This document shows positions 48,835 to 62,086 of a DNA stretch of 64,000 nucleotides, one piece after another. Source of the DNA: Rhynchopus sp. YZ270_cl-10. Lineage: Eukaryota. The notes beneath the pieces are model-generated. The model was not told the DNA's origin, did no database searches, and saw only the letters and a list, made by a program, of their open reading frames with translations. Each line of letters starts with the position of its first letter. The stretch's first letter is position 1. The stretch is taken from the NCBI GenBank assembly GCA_964035575.1, contig OZ037845.1, forward strand, positions 434,001 to 498,000. Reading direction: 5' to 3'. The translations under genes were made by a program, and so were the position numbers.

Positions 48835-50235
48835 TCACAGAATATTGTGAGAGTCCATTCGGTGTGAATCATCGCTGAGGGAGGGTGTTGCGGTGCTGTG
48901 TTCCATGCCGGTGTGGTCCATTGCTGTCAGATCCATTTCCACTTCGTCACGGGTTTGCGTCATATTGTGTCCGACTGGCTCATTTGTGTCTAGCTTTTTG
49001 TCTGATTTGCACACGGCTATCGTTGTCAACACTACACCACAGACCATGAGGAGGCCGACCACAATAATCGCAATGGTGCCCCCAGCTATGTCGGAATCAC
49101 CCCCTTCCTCTTCCTCAGAGTCTAGGCAGACGAGGGCGGATGCGCTGTCTCTTTGCAGTGAGTAGCCGCTTGCGCAGTCGGTTGTGATGCAGGTGTCCTT
49201 CTTGACGTAGAGGGTCTGGGTGACGGGGTGCTCTGCCTGTGGGCAGAGCCAGAGGGGGGATGAGAGAAGGGCGTTCTTGTTGACGAGGACGGAGGTTGTG
49301 GAGTGTGTGCCTTCGAGGGCTGTTGCCTCGGTGATGTTGCCGAGCGCAGTGTTCGCCGCATTGAGGTACGCCGTGACGTTCTCCGACGTAATGAAATGCT
49401 TGACCACAACAACAAGCGAGCCACACCCAAAGCTGATTGATGGCTCATCGTTTGCGTCGTTCGGCTGCACATTCACCGCATACACCTCAGTCATCAACTG
49501 CAACAACACTGTGCGAAATCTGTTCATCAAATACGAATCATCAAAAAACAGTTCGCACGCCACCTCAAACACAAAGAGATACGTGACAAACACTGCTTCG
49601 GTTGCTTGCCGCCCATTGGTGCAGAGATCTGTTGAGGTTGCTTCCTTACATTCGCATGCGTTTGTGGTGTTCGAGCAGACCGCTTCTTGATCACCATAGG
49701 TTCTGCAGTCTCCGTTGTGGCCACAGAGGGAGACATCAACGACTTTTTGCGGTGCAGGGGTGGGGACAGGAGTAGGAGGGGATGTGGGGGGTGCGGAGGT
49801 GCTGTTGGTGAGGAAGATACAGAGGTCGTCAGGGACGCTCCATTCGCAGGACGCGAGGTCCGAGCAGTCATCGAGGGCGAAGTGGTTGCAGTCGGCGCTA
49901 GCGGCACAGCCGTTTGAGGTGTCTGACCAGGCGCACCCTGACGTCGTCTCGCACGCAGCTGAGAGCAGCCCAGAGCAAGGACTCTCATCCGCTTGAGCAG
50001 ACATCACCAAAGGGTCTTCAGACATAATGCACAACTCAGTTGAGGTTTGCCACAAACATTGATCATGTGCCCGGCACGCCCCCATCTCCACCCCATCGCA
50101 TACACCCTCACACTTCCCCCGCCAAGCGCACTCAACGTTCCGGGTGCAAGCGCTCTCCGTCCCCACCTCAGGACACACCACAGCCCCTACCCCAACAGCA
50201 TAAGCAAACAACACAACGCACATGAGTCGTGTCAT
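48835..50235 (-). CDS. Cys-rich type I membrane protein (signal peptide, C..C.W repeats, EGF-like unit, single C-terminal TM)
   Basis: 466 aa from ATG 50235 (MTRLMCVVLFAYAVGVGA); TM segment IAIIVVGLLMVCGVVLTTIAVC. Confidence 0.85.
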   Translation of the reverse strand: MTRLMCVVLFAYAVGVGAVVCPEVGTESACTRNVECAWRGKCEGVCDGVEMGACRAHDQCLWQTSTELCIMSEDPLVMSAQADESPCSGLLSAACETTSGCAWSDTSNGCAASADCNHFALDDCSDLASCEWSVPDDLCIFLTNSTSAPPTSPPTPVPTPAPQKVVDVSLCGHNGDCRTYGDQEAVCSNTTNACECKEATSTDLCTNGRQATEAVFVTYLFVFEVACELFFDDSYLMNRFRTVLLQLMTEVYAVNVQPNDANDEPSISFGCGSLVVVVKHFITSENVTAYLNAANTALGNITEATALEGTHSTTSVLVNKNALLSSPLWLCPQAEHPVTQTLYVKKDTCITTDCASGYSLQRDSASALVCLDSEEEEGGDSDIAGGTIAIIVVGLLMVCGVVLTTIAVCKSDKKLDTNEPVGHNMTQTRDEVEMDLTAMDHTGMEHSTATPSLSDDSHRMDSHNIL

Positions 50236-50374
50236 TGGATAACAAAAAAAAAGACGGAAAAAAAAAAGTTGTGTGAAAAAAACACAACTTTCTTTTCTGC
50301 GCTTTTTTTTTGGGGGGGGGGGTTCTGAAAGGGAAGGTGATATGGGGAAAGGGAGGATGGGGGTTATAAAAAAA

Positions 50375-51096
50375 ATATTGGTGTGGCTGACGACCCCAAA
50401 ATAGCAGAAAATAGCAGAAAATCGCAGAAAATAGCAGAAAATAGCAGAAAATAGCACTTTGGGGGGTTTTTTTTGGGTTTGGTTGCTGGGTGGTGGTGTG
50501 GCTCATGATGGACGAGGGAAGGAAACTTGGCCAGCCCGCAAACCGGAAACCCCCTCCCACTCCACAAACGGATCATAAGGTACACAGTACACAGTACACA
50601 GTACACAGTACACAGTACACAGTACACAGTACACAGTACACAGTACACAGTACACAGTACACAGTACACAGTACACAGTACACAGTACACAGTACACAGT
50701 ACACAGTACACAGTACACAGTACACAGTACACAGTACACAGTACACAGTACACAGTACACAGTACACAGTACACAGTACACAGTACACAGTACACAGTAC
50801 ACAGTACACAGTACACAGTACACAGTACACAGTACACAGTACAGCACCTGGTCTATATCGGGACAAAATACATTTTTTTGCTAAAATTGCTCTTAATTTT
50901 TACGCTTTTTTGCTCGAAAAAAACGTTGTCCTGCATCTTTGGTAGGTGTTTTGGGGACTGGCTGGGGTCAGGAGTCCCTCATTTCCCTTCCCTTTAGCAA
51001 AGGCCCAAACCACGGCCAAAAAATATAAAAAATCCAGACCCCCAAAATAGCAGAAAATAGCAGAAAATAGCACCCCCCTTCAGCCACACCAAATAT
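50375..51096. mobile_element. Possible TIR element enclosing (AAAATAGCAG)n arrays and a 7-bp satellite
   Basis: ATATTGGTGTGGCTGA (50375) and TCAGCCACACCAAATAT (51080) are inverted, and 10-bp repeats lie just inside both ends. The TIR resembles the 27292/59734 family. Confidence 0.5.
50581..50844. repeat. (TACACAG)n heptanucleotide satellite, ~38 units
   Basis: Perfect tandem run. Confidence 0.98.
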
Positions 51097-54000
51097 GGGA
51101 ATTCAGAAATTTTGAAATCATAGAGAAAAATGCCAAAAAAAAGATAGCAATAAAATAAAAATAAAAACTTGAAATGACGCACATACAAAACGCATAGAAA
51201 AATGACAGATAATAATATTATACCATGTTCAAAAGCCTCTCTAAACACCGGAGGGGAAAACAAACTGTCCATCTACCAGAGGCATGCTCAGGAAAGGAGG
51301 CACCCGCCTCAAAAAAAAAAAATATGGCAATGGGAGTATTGTCTTCCACATCGAATGGTGATCTCAAAACTGGAATAAGCGAACTCGGCCTGAGTCCGTC
51401 TCAGGTCCGTCTCAACTCAGGCGGACCTGAGACGACTCGAGACGGACTTTCAAATTCCTCCATAGTCCGTCTCAACTCAGGCGGACTCCGGCGGACCACG
51501 AAGTACGTGTAGTGTGGTATTTTTTTCCCTCTCAAAACCCATTTTCCTTCCCAGGTCGGTGCAAAGGGGGAAAATGAACCAAACCGCACAAAGGGCATGT
51601 GTACGATTTTATTTTGCTTTTTATAGATAAATTGTTGGAATAGTGCAGTTACCACCAAGCTCCACTTTCCCTTTATTCACTCACGCTTTTTTTTTATAAA
51701 ATAGAGTAGACAAAGCAACACCAAACGCCTTCTACACACAAAACTTGAAGGACAAATAGTTGGCTTTTTTGAATAAGTTTCATATACTTTCTATTCAAAG
51801 AAAAGAAAGCAAAAGAAGAAAAAGAAGAAAAATTATAAACGGAACGGATACTGAAACGATTCTTTCTTTTCGTTTTAACAAACCACTTTCCCCCTTTTTG
51901 CGGGACAGTTTCCCATATTTTTACTTTTTGGGTGTGGGTAGATCGATACCCGTTGCATTGACAAAAAAACCCATAAAAATAACAAAGGTTCGCACACAAT
52001 AAAACACCACCCTCGGACCAGGGGAATCCACACAATACACAAAGCTGACAAAAACGCCTCTTGCAGACGCGGGTATCGGGCAAAAAAGAGGGGGGGAAAT
52101 AAAGATAGAAATGTGGCTGGAAATACCCCAAAATAGTAATACTTAAGAACTAAAGTAAAGACTCTGTTGTTGGGACCCCAGACACACCAAAGAAAGAAAG
52201 CGAAGGTGACGTGTGCAAAACGCATCTTGGACGCAGGCACTGAAGAAAAAAGAGAAGTTGAAAGTGCAAACGCCTCACCGTGCATCGGTGAACGCAGTCA
52301 CCCCCTTTTTTGGAAAGTGGTACTTAAGGAAAGGTTTGTAAGATGATGAGCAAAAGCCTATGTGCTTCGTCATCCTTCCAAAGCAACGACAAGAAAACAC
52401 TGCAGATAGCGTGGGAATCGTGGGTTTTTAATACCGGTTTTTCCGTATCGACGTTGTGAAATCTCTGAAAAACGCTCATCACGGATTAATTGCAGCCACT
52501 TTCAATTGTTCAGATTGATCTAAAAAAAGACACAAAAAGACGTTCCTGTCACTTCATCGTTCAGACGGAGTCCGCAAAAAAAAAAAAAAGAGAGAGAGGT
52601 TGAATGTGCGAACGCCTCACCGCACACAGGCGGACGATACACTGGTACTCCACGGTATCGAACCCCAGAGAGCACTTTCTCTGGCATACACCTTTCCGTT
52701 AATCCCACCACAGCGGGATTTTCTCGGAAATGCAATATAACCCTGTTTTTCCCGCCTCCTTTTGCCCCCTTCCCCGTAGGTACGTTTTTTTTCCCGAAAA
52801 GTTAGCGCACGGCCTGTCTAAAGACTATGAAACATGACATCGCTTCTAAAAAAAAATCTTGGTATGTCAAATAACGCACAATAAATAGAACTATATGGGG
52901 AACAATAAACATGCAGGCTCACGGGCAACGACACATCAACTATAAAAAAAAAACTTTGTTTGAGAAATTCAGCACCAGTGGGGGAGGAGGGGGCAAGGGG
53001 GAAAAGGGGTTATGTTTTCTGAGAGAAGAGCTGCTGTGCGATGAAACCCAACACCTCGAGAGAGAGGACATACAATGACACTGGGTATTATTCCAGGAAT
53101 TTACCCATTGATTTCGAACACAAACAAAAAAAACAAAAAAAAAACACACCAAACACGAAGAGTAGCAGCTTGCTCCAGCTCCTATGGATGTGACGTTGTG
53201 CGGTTCAAATTGCCGCTTCACAGCGACAATCGTATGCAATTATTTCGTAAAACAAAAAGAGAAGATGACTCTAAGTTAGTCACCTTTTTTAAAAACCACC
53301 CAAAGTTGGTTATTTCATGTATTTCAACCCTGTGAAAAGGTGACTTGAAAATACAAAGCCCTCTCGCTATGAACAGTGTACCTTGGTACAATGACCCGGC
53401 TGTACCGGGGGGGTGGACACCCCAACCACCCATTTCGTGGTTTACATCTGGAAAAAAAACCCCTCCTTGGAAATCGACCCGGCTGGAAGACTCGGCCCCC
53501 AAGATTCGCCGGTGGCTAATATGATGAACAGAGGGAGTATTGGTAAGCAACGAAGGTTTTTTATCGGCTGGGGGGGAAAGGGTAACGTAAATGACCACCA
53601 CTTAGCACCTCAGGCGTCAGTTACTTCGCCGCTGTGCGTTGTGGTGAAAGAACAAAAAAAAAAAAACAGAAAAAATGAATGTACACGCATCTAACCATAG
53701 AGAAATTAGTCTCATATACTTTCAAATCAAAGAGATAAGAAAAGTACAAAAAATAAACAACCTTGAACGTGCGTTGAGACGGTGTTGAGAGAAAAGAGTT
53801 TAAAAAAAAAGGGGGGAAAGCCAGACACGGTTATCTGGCCCTCCTCGAAGCTACCACAGCACTAAGAAGCGAGGAAAGTCCTCAAGTAAAAACTAAAATA
53901 TAAAAAAAAGCACTGCTTTTTTTAGACTCAACAGAACAGACAAATGACCAAAAACTGAGACCACCTTTTTGCAACGGGGTTGTTTGTGCTATGCCGGAGA

Positions 54001-55147
54001 CTCAGTGCAGTGACATTTTCTTTGGTATTTTTCCCCCCTCCCTTCAGGGGAAAATTGTCTATTTCATCCCTTCTAGAAATAGTGGAGCGTAGTTGCTACT
54101 AAAAGGTGCTTTTCATTTGCCTTTTTATTCGGATATTTTCTTTTTTTTGAAAACTTGGTTGTATTAGTGTAGACACCCGAGGATGAACTCCACTATATTT
54201 TTTTTTTTTCTTTCGCTGTTAAATTCAGGCTCTCCGCTAGGATTTCCGATTTTGAAAATATTCTGTTGATGGTCCACGTTGGTGGGGTACATGCTTGCGC
54301 CGCAGGCGCACGGTGTGCAACTTTTTTTTTTACCAACGCCCGATTTTGACTTTTTTGGGACGTTTGAGCACTCACCTCTCCATATCTTCTTCTCCTGAGC
54401 TTTTTTGACAGGTAGAACGGGTCTGAACCACTTAGCAGAACTTTTTCTTTTTTTCTTTTTTTCCCCATTTTCAAAAAGTTCTGTTGACAATCAACAGAAC
54501 TTTAGTACCTAGCGGAGTGCCTGGTTAAATTGTTGGAGTAGAGGGTAGTTGCCTCGGTAGTGTTGCCACAGTTGTGCAATATCCGCTGTATTGTTGTATC
54601 GACAATCACGTTATACCTACATGGTATAACGATCTGCACTCAATGTCGGCCGAAGCCTTTGTACATAATGTCTTTTTCCCCCCCTTTTTGCAAATTACGC
54701 ATCTGATACAACGCGTGTTCTTCGACGCATGATGTAAAATGCTCGGACCCCAGGCAAAGTGAATACAATGATAAAGTTACAATATTGCCCCTTTTTCCAG
54801 GAGCTTCACCCACCTCTGCGCCAACGGAATGCATCGAAAGAGGTTTTCGATAAGCCTCTACAGACTACGTTGTCTTAGGAAAAAACACAAATACCCTACA
54901 TATTTTTTTTTTTTGTAACGAATGAGCAAAAAAACTAAACAAAACGGATACAAAATACTTAGCCCATATAACAGTTTTCTTTTGTTTGTGTTTCTTTCTT
55001 TCTTCGCTTTTTTTCAAACACAAAACACAAAAAAAATTCATTCAGACGCAAAGCGGTGATTACCACGACAGAAATATGTATAAAAACTCACGAGAATTAC
55101 AAAAAAAAAACAAAACAAAACAAAAAACACTCAGAGAAAGTCAAACC

Positions 55148-58100
55148 CTAGCCAGGTTGCTTACCTCCCGAGCCTACCGAGCTGACAGAGCGTTGGTCGT
55201 CCCAGGTCATGCGAGGGGCGGGAAGGTTGCCCTTGGGTGAGCCAGCCTTCGAGGAGCTTACGGTGCCGATGGGGGATGTGATGTCGAGCTGGTGGGAGGA
55301 GTTGCTGGAGCGGCCTACACCAAAGCCTACCTTGTCGATGGAGAGTGCGTCGGCTTCGTCAGACGCAGGCTCGTCGCCGAGTGTGTAGAGCAAATTCGTC
55401 GAAGAGATGGACCTTTTCTTATCCTCGGAGTCTGCGCCATCAGACAGCAGGTCAGGCAACGCACCACGTCCACGCTTCTTCTGTGGTGTTTCGATGTAGG
55501 AAAGTAGTTTGAAGAATTGAGTACTGAGTGCAAGCTCTACGAAAGTCTCTCTTTTGTAGGTTATGCGTGGAAATCACTGTTTATTAGATCGTAAGACTAT
55601 TTTGAGTAGAACATACCATGCTTCCGTCTAGCCTTGACCCCGGGGTCATTGGCCGTTGTGCGGACTGTAGTGAAACCTGCGATGTCACGGTAGAGTTCAA
55701 CGATGCAGACGACATGATGTGCCTCGGTGGTGGTGGGGGCGGCGGGGAGGTAGGAAGCGCGCCTGACACAATCAACGGCTTTTTTGTCAACGGGGTGCTC
55801 ATGCTCTCCATCTGCAGGTCGTTGTTGCGGTCGTCTGTGGGGAATCGCCGCATCGACCCCATGGGACCTTCACCGAAACGTACTGGCACGGACGCACCAT
55901 CTCCGCTATTCGCTCCTTCACCAGCCGGACTCCCTTCGCCTGACTTAACGCAGGGCGACGAAGTGGAAGATGACTGCAGCACCGCAACAGGGGATGGCGA
56001 CGCCGACGAATCCATCTCAGTTGGCGGCGGTGCCCCTGTGGGCGAGACGTCCCCTAGTGTTGTCAACGGGGTCTTCTCTCTGCATGCCACCTCGTCGCGA
56101 AGCTCGCCGTCCATGATAGGTGTGGTGTCCACCCTCCGCTTCCCCCTTGGTGTAGGGATTGTCTGCACGGACTCCACCTTGCTCGTCTGTGTCGAGGCCA
56201 GCTCATCATCCTCCGTGAATACGCTTGGGCTAGGTGAAGGAGATGACTGTGTCCCCGTCTTATCCGTCTGTAACAACCCCGGTGTGCCCCTCCCATCGTT
56301 CGAAGAAGTGGAAACGTGTGAAGGTGGTCCCCTCTTCTTCTTCTTCTTCTTCTCCTTTTTGTGCTTCTTGTCAGGTTTGTCAGGTTTGTCCTCCTCAGGC
56401 ATCGGGACCGCAACAGAACTAAATCGTTTCCTTCTATTGTATTTCGGAGAAGATTGGCTCCCTGTTGGAGACGCAGACGGGGTTGTGTCGTCAAATGGAT
56501 GTGCACTCTCGTTTGTTTCTAGTACAGGAGGGTGTTGGTCGTGGAAGCTGCTTACCTGCTTTACTCCTGGGAGGATTGGGAGGTTTGACAGTAAAGGCAA
56601 GGTAGAACCGGACCCCATTGTACCCTCAAATGACGTTGCTACGTCAACCGAGATGGCTGGCGTGAGGGGTGTCTCTGGAGCGTTTCCGAGATGGGAGTCG
56701 AGGAGCAGCAGGGGTGGTGGTGCACCTCTGTCGCCTTCGGTGCTGTGCGGGCTTTTGACGAGAGAGATGGCAACAGGGAGAGGGGGGACAGGGGGGCTGT
56801 TGCCTTCGCGTGCAGACCCAGAGGAGAGCACGGAGGACTCATGCGTCAGCTGTCTTGTCAAGACCGGGGCATCCAGCGTACCTGGGGAATGTGACGTTGT
56901 CTGGGCCTGAAGTGGCGGTGGCCGCAAAGGGTCAGCCAACCCCTGCATGCTCGGGTGTGCTGATAACGGATTCGCCGCCTCAGGGCTCGAGCACACACTC
57001 AGAACAGAGCGCATCAACCCGGCAGAGTCATCGTCATTGATGTCGGGCTTCGTGATGGTGCGCTTCCGTCCGCTCTTGGTCCTACCCCCTGCCTTAGGTG
57101 ATCGCATCTCGGAACCACGTCGTGACATTCCGCTGGGGCGTACACTCAACTTCCGTATGCTGTTGTGATGTTGTGAATTACAAAGAATATTTTGTGAAAT
57201 CCTGCGAATTGAAATAGAAAGCTAGCCGCCTTTGCAATCTTGAGAATGGAATACCGGGGAAGGAGGGGGGGGGAAAAAAGCGTACCCAACCATACCTATG
57301 CTTCTTGGACCGGTTTGAATAGATGCTATCACTTCGCAGCATGCCTCCGAGGCTGGACCTCACGGAATGACACCTCCCAAGGGTTGTGATGTGGTCAATA
57401 TTGAATGTTCCAGTTGGGGATGGGGGGCATTCTGCTCGGTTGGGTTGCAGGCCGTGGTCGAAGACGAAGGGCTGGATGGAGATGACTGATTTGCACTCTT
57501 CTTTATCGTCCGATGCTGCCGATTGTCGGTCATGCAGGTCACGCTGTGAACTCTGCGCACCTTTATCGGACCTCCGCCGTGGGTAGCTGCCACGCGCCTT
57601 CTTACCACGCGGGGAGTGGAAGGAGGTGGCAGGCGACTCACCTATACCACGTCGTTTCTTCCCGAGGCCTAGGCTGTTTACACGGACGCAGTCGATTGCA
57701 AAGGTTTCGTCTAATTGATCTGCGTCAGGCTTTGCAGAAGAAGCAGTGACCTTCTCAGGCATCATGGACAGCACCGACACAGAGTGCACCCTTTTGAAGT
57801 TGGGAATACCCGGCATCGCCAGCACAGAGCGTGCACGTTGCATGGAAGGGCGGTTGCTTTCTCCACTGTCGCCGAGCTTCTCCGCACCTTCGGCTGCAAG
57901 GAGAAGAACGTCACTGCGCCATTCTTTGTTGAAGTTCGCACCCTCCTTCATAGACGCGCCTAGCAGAGGAGGAACCGGGGGGGTCTCATCGTCGTCGTGC
58001 TCGATAGGGAAGGGCACTGCGGGTGACGGCACCAACACTGTCACGGGGACGGCAGAGACGGTGACGGGGGCGCCCTGGGCTCGGAGCGAAAGCGGGTTTT

Positions 58101-59013
58101 CTTCATCAACTGAAGCCGGAGGAGGAGATGTCAGACTAGCCGCCAGATGGCTAGGAAGCTTCGACACACCCGACCTCGGTGACAACGGAGCATGCGGAAT
58201 AGGGATCGAAACGCTCTGACCAAGCACCAACGTAGAGCTCGACGCGCCCCCTAGCACGGTCTTATTCCGCTCTATCCGGTTCTGCCTGGTGCTCGCAAGC
58301 CCTGCACGCACCCGCAACGTCAGAATCTCTGTCGCACGCCTCTCCCTTCGTGGAACCGGGACCTCCTCCTCAACGGGGCTAGGGTCCTCCAAACCTAGCT
58401 TCCCTGAGATGAACTGTGTGTTCATGATGAAGGTCTCAAAGGTGACCCGCCCTTCGTCATTCGCGTCCAGGACAACAAGAATCTGCTGAAACATATTGTC
58501 CTTCCGTTGTTCATGCCTGACAGTGTCAGCCTCCTCTGTCCACACAAAGATGTCCACCATAAGATGCAAATCAGAATGGAGCAGTTCCCCACTGTTGTCA
58601 TGATCGAGAAGGCAGAAGAGAAAGGTAAGTTGTTCTTCTCTGGACCCTCGCGCAAAGACGGAGAGAACCTGGACACAGACTCCGTAATTCAGACATTCGC
58701 CTGGTTTAACAAATTCTGCAATGGAGGTGGGAAGGTTGTCATTGATGTCACATCGGGTAACGCTTTCGCTGGCTGAGGTGAGGAAGTTGGTGAGAAGCTC
58801 CTGAGAGGTTTCACTGATGTCAAGGCAATCGCAGTAGAGTTCCCTGAGGATGGAAAGCTCGAATTGCGTGAAAAGCAGTTTCTTCGCAAGCTTTGCCAGC
58901 TCCGGCCGCGCCACACCATAGTCAGAGTTGATTAGCAGCCGCTCGGACCCCTCGGACACCTCGATCCCGTAGTCCATGCTCCCGGTGTTCGCACTGCTCA
59001 TAAGGCATCCCAT
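55148..59013 (-). CDS. N-myristoylated EF-hand (calcineurin-B/NCS-like) domain fused to a long Ser/Pro-rich disordered tail; exons 59013-57296, 57159-55617, 55480-55148 (~1197 aa)
   Basis: MGC start; EF-hand loops DHDNSGELLHSDL and DANDEGRVTFETF. Two 136-nt GTATG..ACAG introns join three track ORFs in frame. The 3' end is slightly uncertain (possible GTAAGC donor at 55164). Confidence 0.8.
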
Positions 59014-59546
59014 ACCCCCGCACCACCCCTAGGGGTGAGCGGTGGTCTGTGCAAAGGAAAAGCTTCCTCTTTAACGTATCATATGAACGCCTTTGTGGAC
59101 TGAAGAAAGGACCGTTCCAGAGCGGTTTCGGATAGTGTGTAGAGGAATAGGGGGAAAGAAAAGGGTGATGTGGTGTATGCTTGTTGTGGTTGGGGTGTGT
59201 TTTTGAAAAATTGTTGGAATAGTGTCGTTGTGCAAGCTCCACTGTCATTTTTTATTCCTACGAAGCTTGCTTTAAAGGGAGAAATAGTATGGTACGGTCG
59301 CCAAATCATCCCTCAAACAGGAGGATTTGTGCAATCAACGAAACAACTTTACTTACCTACCGAGCCTACTATTTTTAGTTGATACTATACCCTGGTGGCA
59401 CGTTGTTGTTCTGTGTGGGCTAGCCGGGTATTACGATCCGACTGGTGCCTCTTTTACTCGGTGAGCGGGTTGACACATTATGTGAGCGCCTCCCCTATCA
59501 TGGCCACCTTTTTCAGGGTTTTTGTTGGCATGTTGCATGTTGCATG

Positions 59547-59930
59547 TTCTCTCTTTTTCTCGCACCCTTTTTGGCACCATACACATAAAAATCTTGATGT
59601 GTCTGGTAATGGAATAAGGCTGCTTTCTTTAGATATAATCTGAATGCAGTGTAGCTGCCATTCAGACAGGTCTTCACTATCTTGTTGGTGTTGTGCTGTG
59701 TCGGTTTTTTGTCGCGTCGTCTTTTCTTTGGTATTGGTGCTCCTGACGACCCCATATTGCGTACTTAGTGCGTAGTGGTTGCATACTTGGTATTTTGGAT
59801 TTCTGGGGTACCAGCTATCCAAAAAATTCTACGCTTTTTTCTGGAATTGAATCTCTCTCTCTCTCTCGCACCCTTTTTGGCACCACACACATAAAAATCT
59901 TGATGTGTTTGGTAATGGAATAAGGCTGCT
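59547..59930. repeat. ~75-bp direct duplication (59547-59625 and ~59857-59930)
   Basis: CTCGCACCCTTTT(T)GGCACCA.ACACATAAAAATCTTGATGTGT.TGGTAATGGAATAAGGCTGCT occurs twice. Confidence 0.85.
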
Positions 59931-61540
59931 GAGAAAACAAAAGTGCAAAACGTCGTGACAGCAACGGAGTATCAGTTGCATCAATACAACTCTCTCTTAA
60001 GCCGCTTTTTGGAGAGGGGGTGGCTTCGAGATCAAAGTAGAAATTGACAAACCTTTTTTTCTTTGCCCTGAAAGACTCCGCTCGAGAAGGGATGGGAGAT
60101 GCGGGAGATGGGGGTAGCTAAACAACGACGCTGTAAATGGAAGAGAAAAAAAGCAAAGAAAAACCCATTTTTCCCCCCCTCTTTCAACACATGCCCAATG
60201 AAGAGCTTGTACATTTTTGCTTTTTTTTATTGCATCAACAATTACCTGTCCGAAGACGGGTACTACAGAAAGGAGTGTTTTTGTTTTGTTTTTGTTTTTG
60301 CCTTTTTTTGGGTTTGTACTCGATGTCGCCAAAAAAATAAAAAATGCAACATCTTGAAAGTGTTCGAAGCGCTTTCGATAACTACTCTCATTGCTTTACA
60401 CTCCCAGAGTCTCACGCTCGGGTCAATCAAAAGGGTATGGCAAAAAAAAAGAAGAAAAAAAAGATGGGGATATTCAGTACAAACAAACAAAGCCAAACAG
60501 AATCTGGCATTTTGTGTGGGAGTCGGGGTAGGGGGTCAACTGCATACAATCACTGAGAACAAAACCCATTTTTTTTTTCCGACGTTTTTTAAAACAACCG
60601 CATTGTTCTTAGCTTTTCTTTAAGAAAATAGGGGAAAAGAGAGGCGGGAGAGATACAAACAAGCGAGAGTGGAAGGGGGGGGATTTGGGGATTAAATTTG
60701 TCCGGCCCACAGCACTAAGGTAGAGGGGCCTGGTTAATGTTTCATATTTGGCAAAACAAAAAAAAAGAGAGAAGATAAGGGGAACCTAAGCACGTCACCT
60801 AAAAGGTAGTTTTTTTTTCAATACAGACACCTCCTACTGACCTACGATGCCAGAGGATGAAAGGAAAGCACAAAATACCTTAAAAAGAGAGGATAATAAG
60901 AAAGGGTTTTATGTCAAGACGAACCTAAACTAGCCTTTTTTGAAAAAGAAAAAAAAAAATCAGATTCACCCTTCCCAAAGGGTGAAACTGAATAACGTAA
61001 TATATATTTGACACCTTGGTTTTGAAGGTATGTTACAAAATAACGAAAAAGGTTGAAAAAAAATACAAAGCCCTCTCTGTGTCCTCACAAAAATACGCAA
61101 CAAAAAAAAGGGGGGGAGGAAGTGGATAAGTGCTTCCCTAATAAGAGTACAATAGAAGAAAAGAGAAAAGGAAAAAGAGATTCAAAAAAGGAGACGACAC
61201 ACAATGGTTGTATTGGTCTTGACCCGCCTCCACAGCGTTTTCTGGTCGCACAGCAAAGTGAAGTTGATCGTGCAACAAAAATGTTACTCTGGGTAAAAAG
61301 GGCGGCAGGAAACGTTAGGCTTCCCCTTGCCCTTTACCCCTGGTCGCAGAACAAATATCTCAGTAGCGAGGGGACGATGAGTAGTGGCGGGTCGGGCTGT
61401 TGTTTGATGTTTGGAAAAAAAAAAAATATTGTAAATTTACACCAGGGGTCGCGCTAACTTGCTACCGACTACCGTAGATTTTTGGCGATTTTGCTCGGTA
61501 CGTTTTTTTTTTTGCAAACCGGGGTTTCCTGACTAAATCG

Positions 61541-62086
61541 GAGAAACTCACATTTCATAGTAAACGTACTATAGCGTGTTTTGCACACACATGTGACCCC
61601 ACCGTGGAGAGCAATTGGCTCGCGCAATCAAAAGAAAGCAGAGAAAAGGGGGGAAAAAAAGACAAAAGTTGGGTACCGTGCGCCTGCGGCGCTACCTACT
61701 GTTCTCAATCAAGAACTGAAAATGACCCTTCTTTACGAGAATCGGCAGTCTCGAAAAGTGCACAGTAATAAAAAATGGTGAAAACTTAAATACCGAAAAT
61801 TCGTCCATTTTTCCAAAATGACCCCATCACTTTCTGCAATTGCACCGCATCGGACGATGCGATCAACAAAAACGCTCAAAAACGCCTCCCTTTTTTCGTG
61901 ATCTGGGAACATGCTTGCAGAGAATCTCATATTTCAGAGTAAGGGTACTTTAGCGTGTTTTTGCGCACACATGACCTCACCGTGGAGAGCAATCAGCTCG
62001 TACAATCAAAAGAACGCAGAGAAAAGGGAAAAAGAGAAGACAAAAGTTGGGCACCGTGCGCCTGCGGCGCTACCTACTGTTCTCAG
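61541..62086. repeat. ~170-bp diverged direct duplication (61541-61709, 61920-62086); partial inverted relative at ~54297-54330
   Basis: Both copies share CACCGTGGAGAGCAAT..GCTCG..CAATCAAAAGAA.GCAGAGAAAAGGG..GACAAAAGTTGGG.ACCGTGCGCCTGCGGCGCTACCTACTGTTCTCA. Confidence 0.85.

Noticed and set aside
55618..56910. Long plus-strand ORFs (also 20823-21914, 35352-36026)
   Set aside because: They are antisense shadows of GC-rich minus-strand genes with no recognisable motifs.
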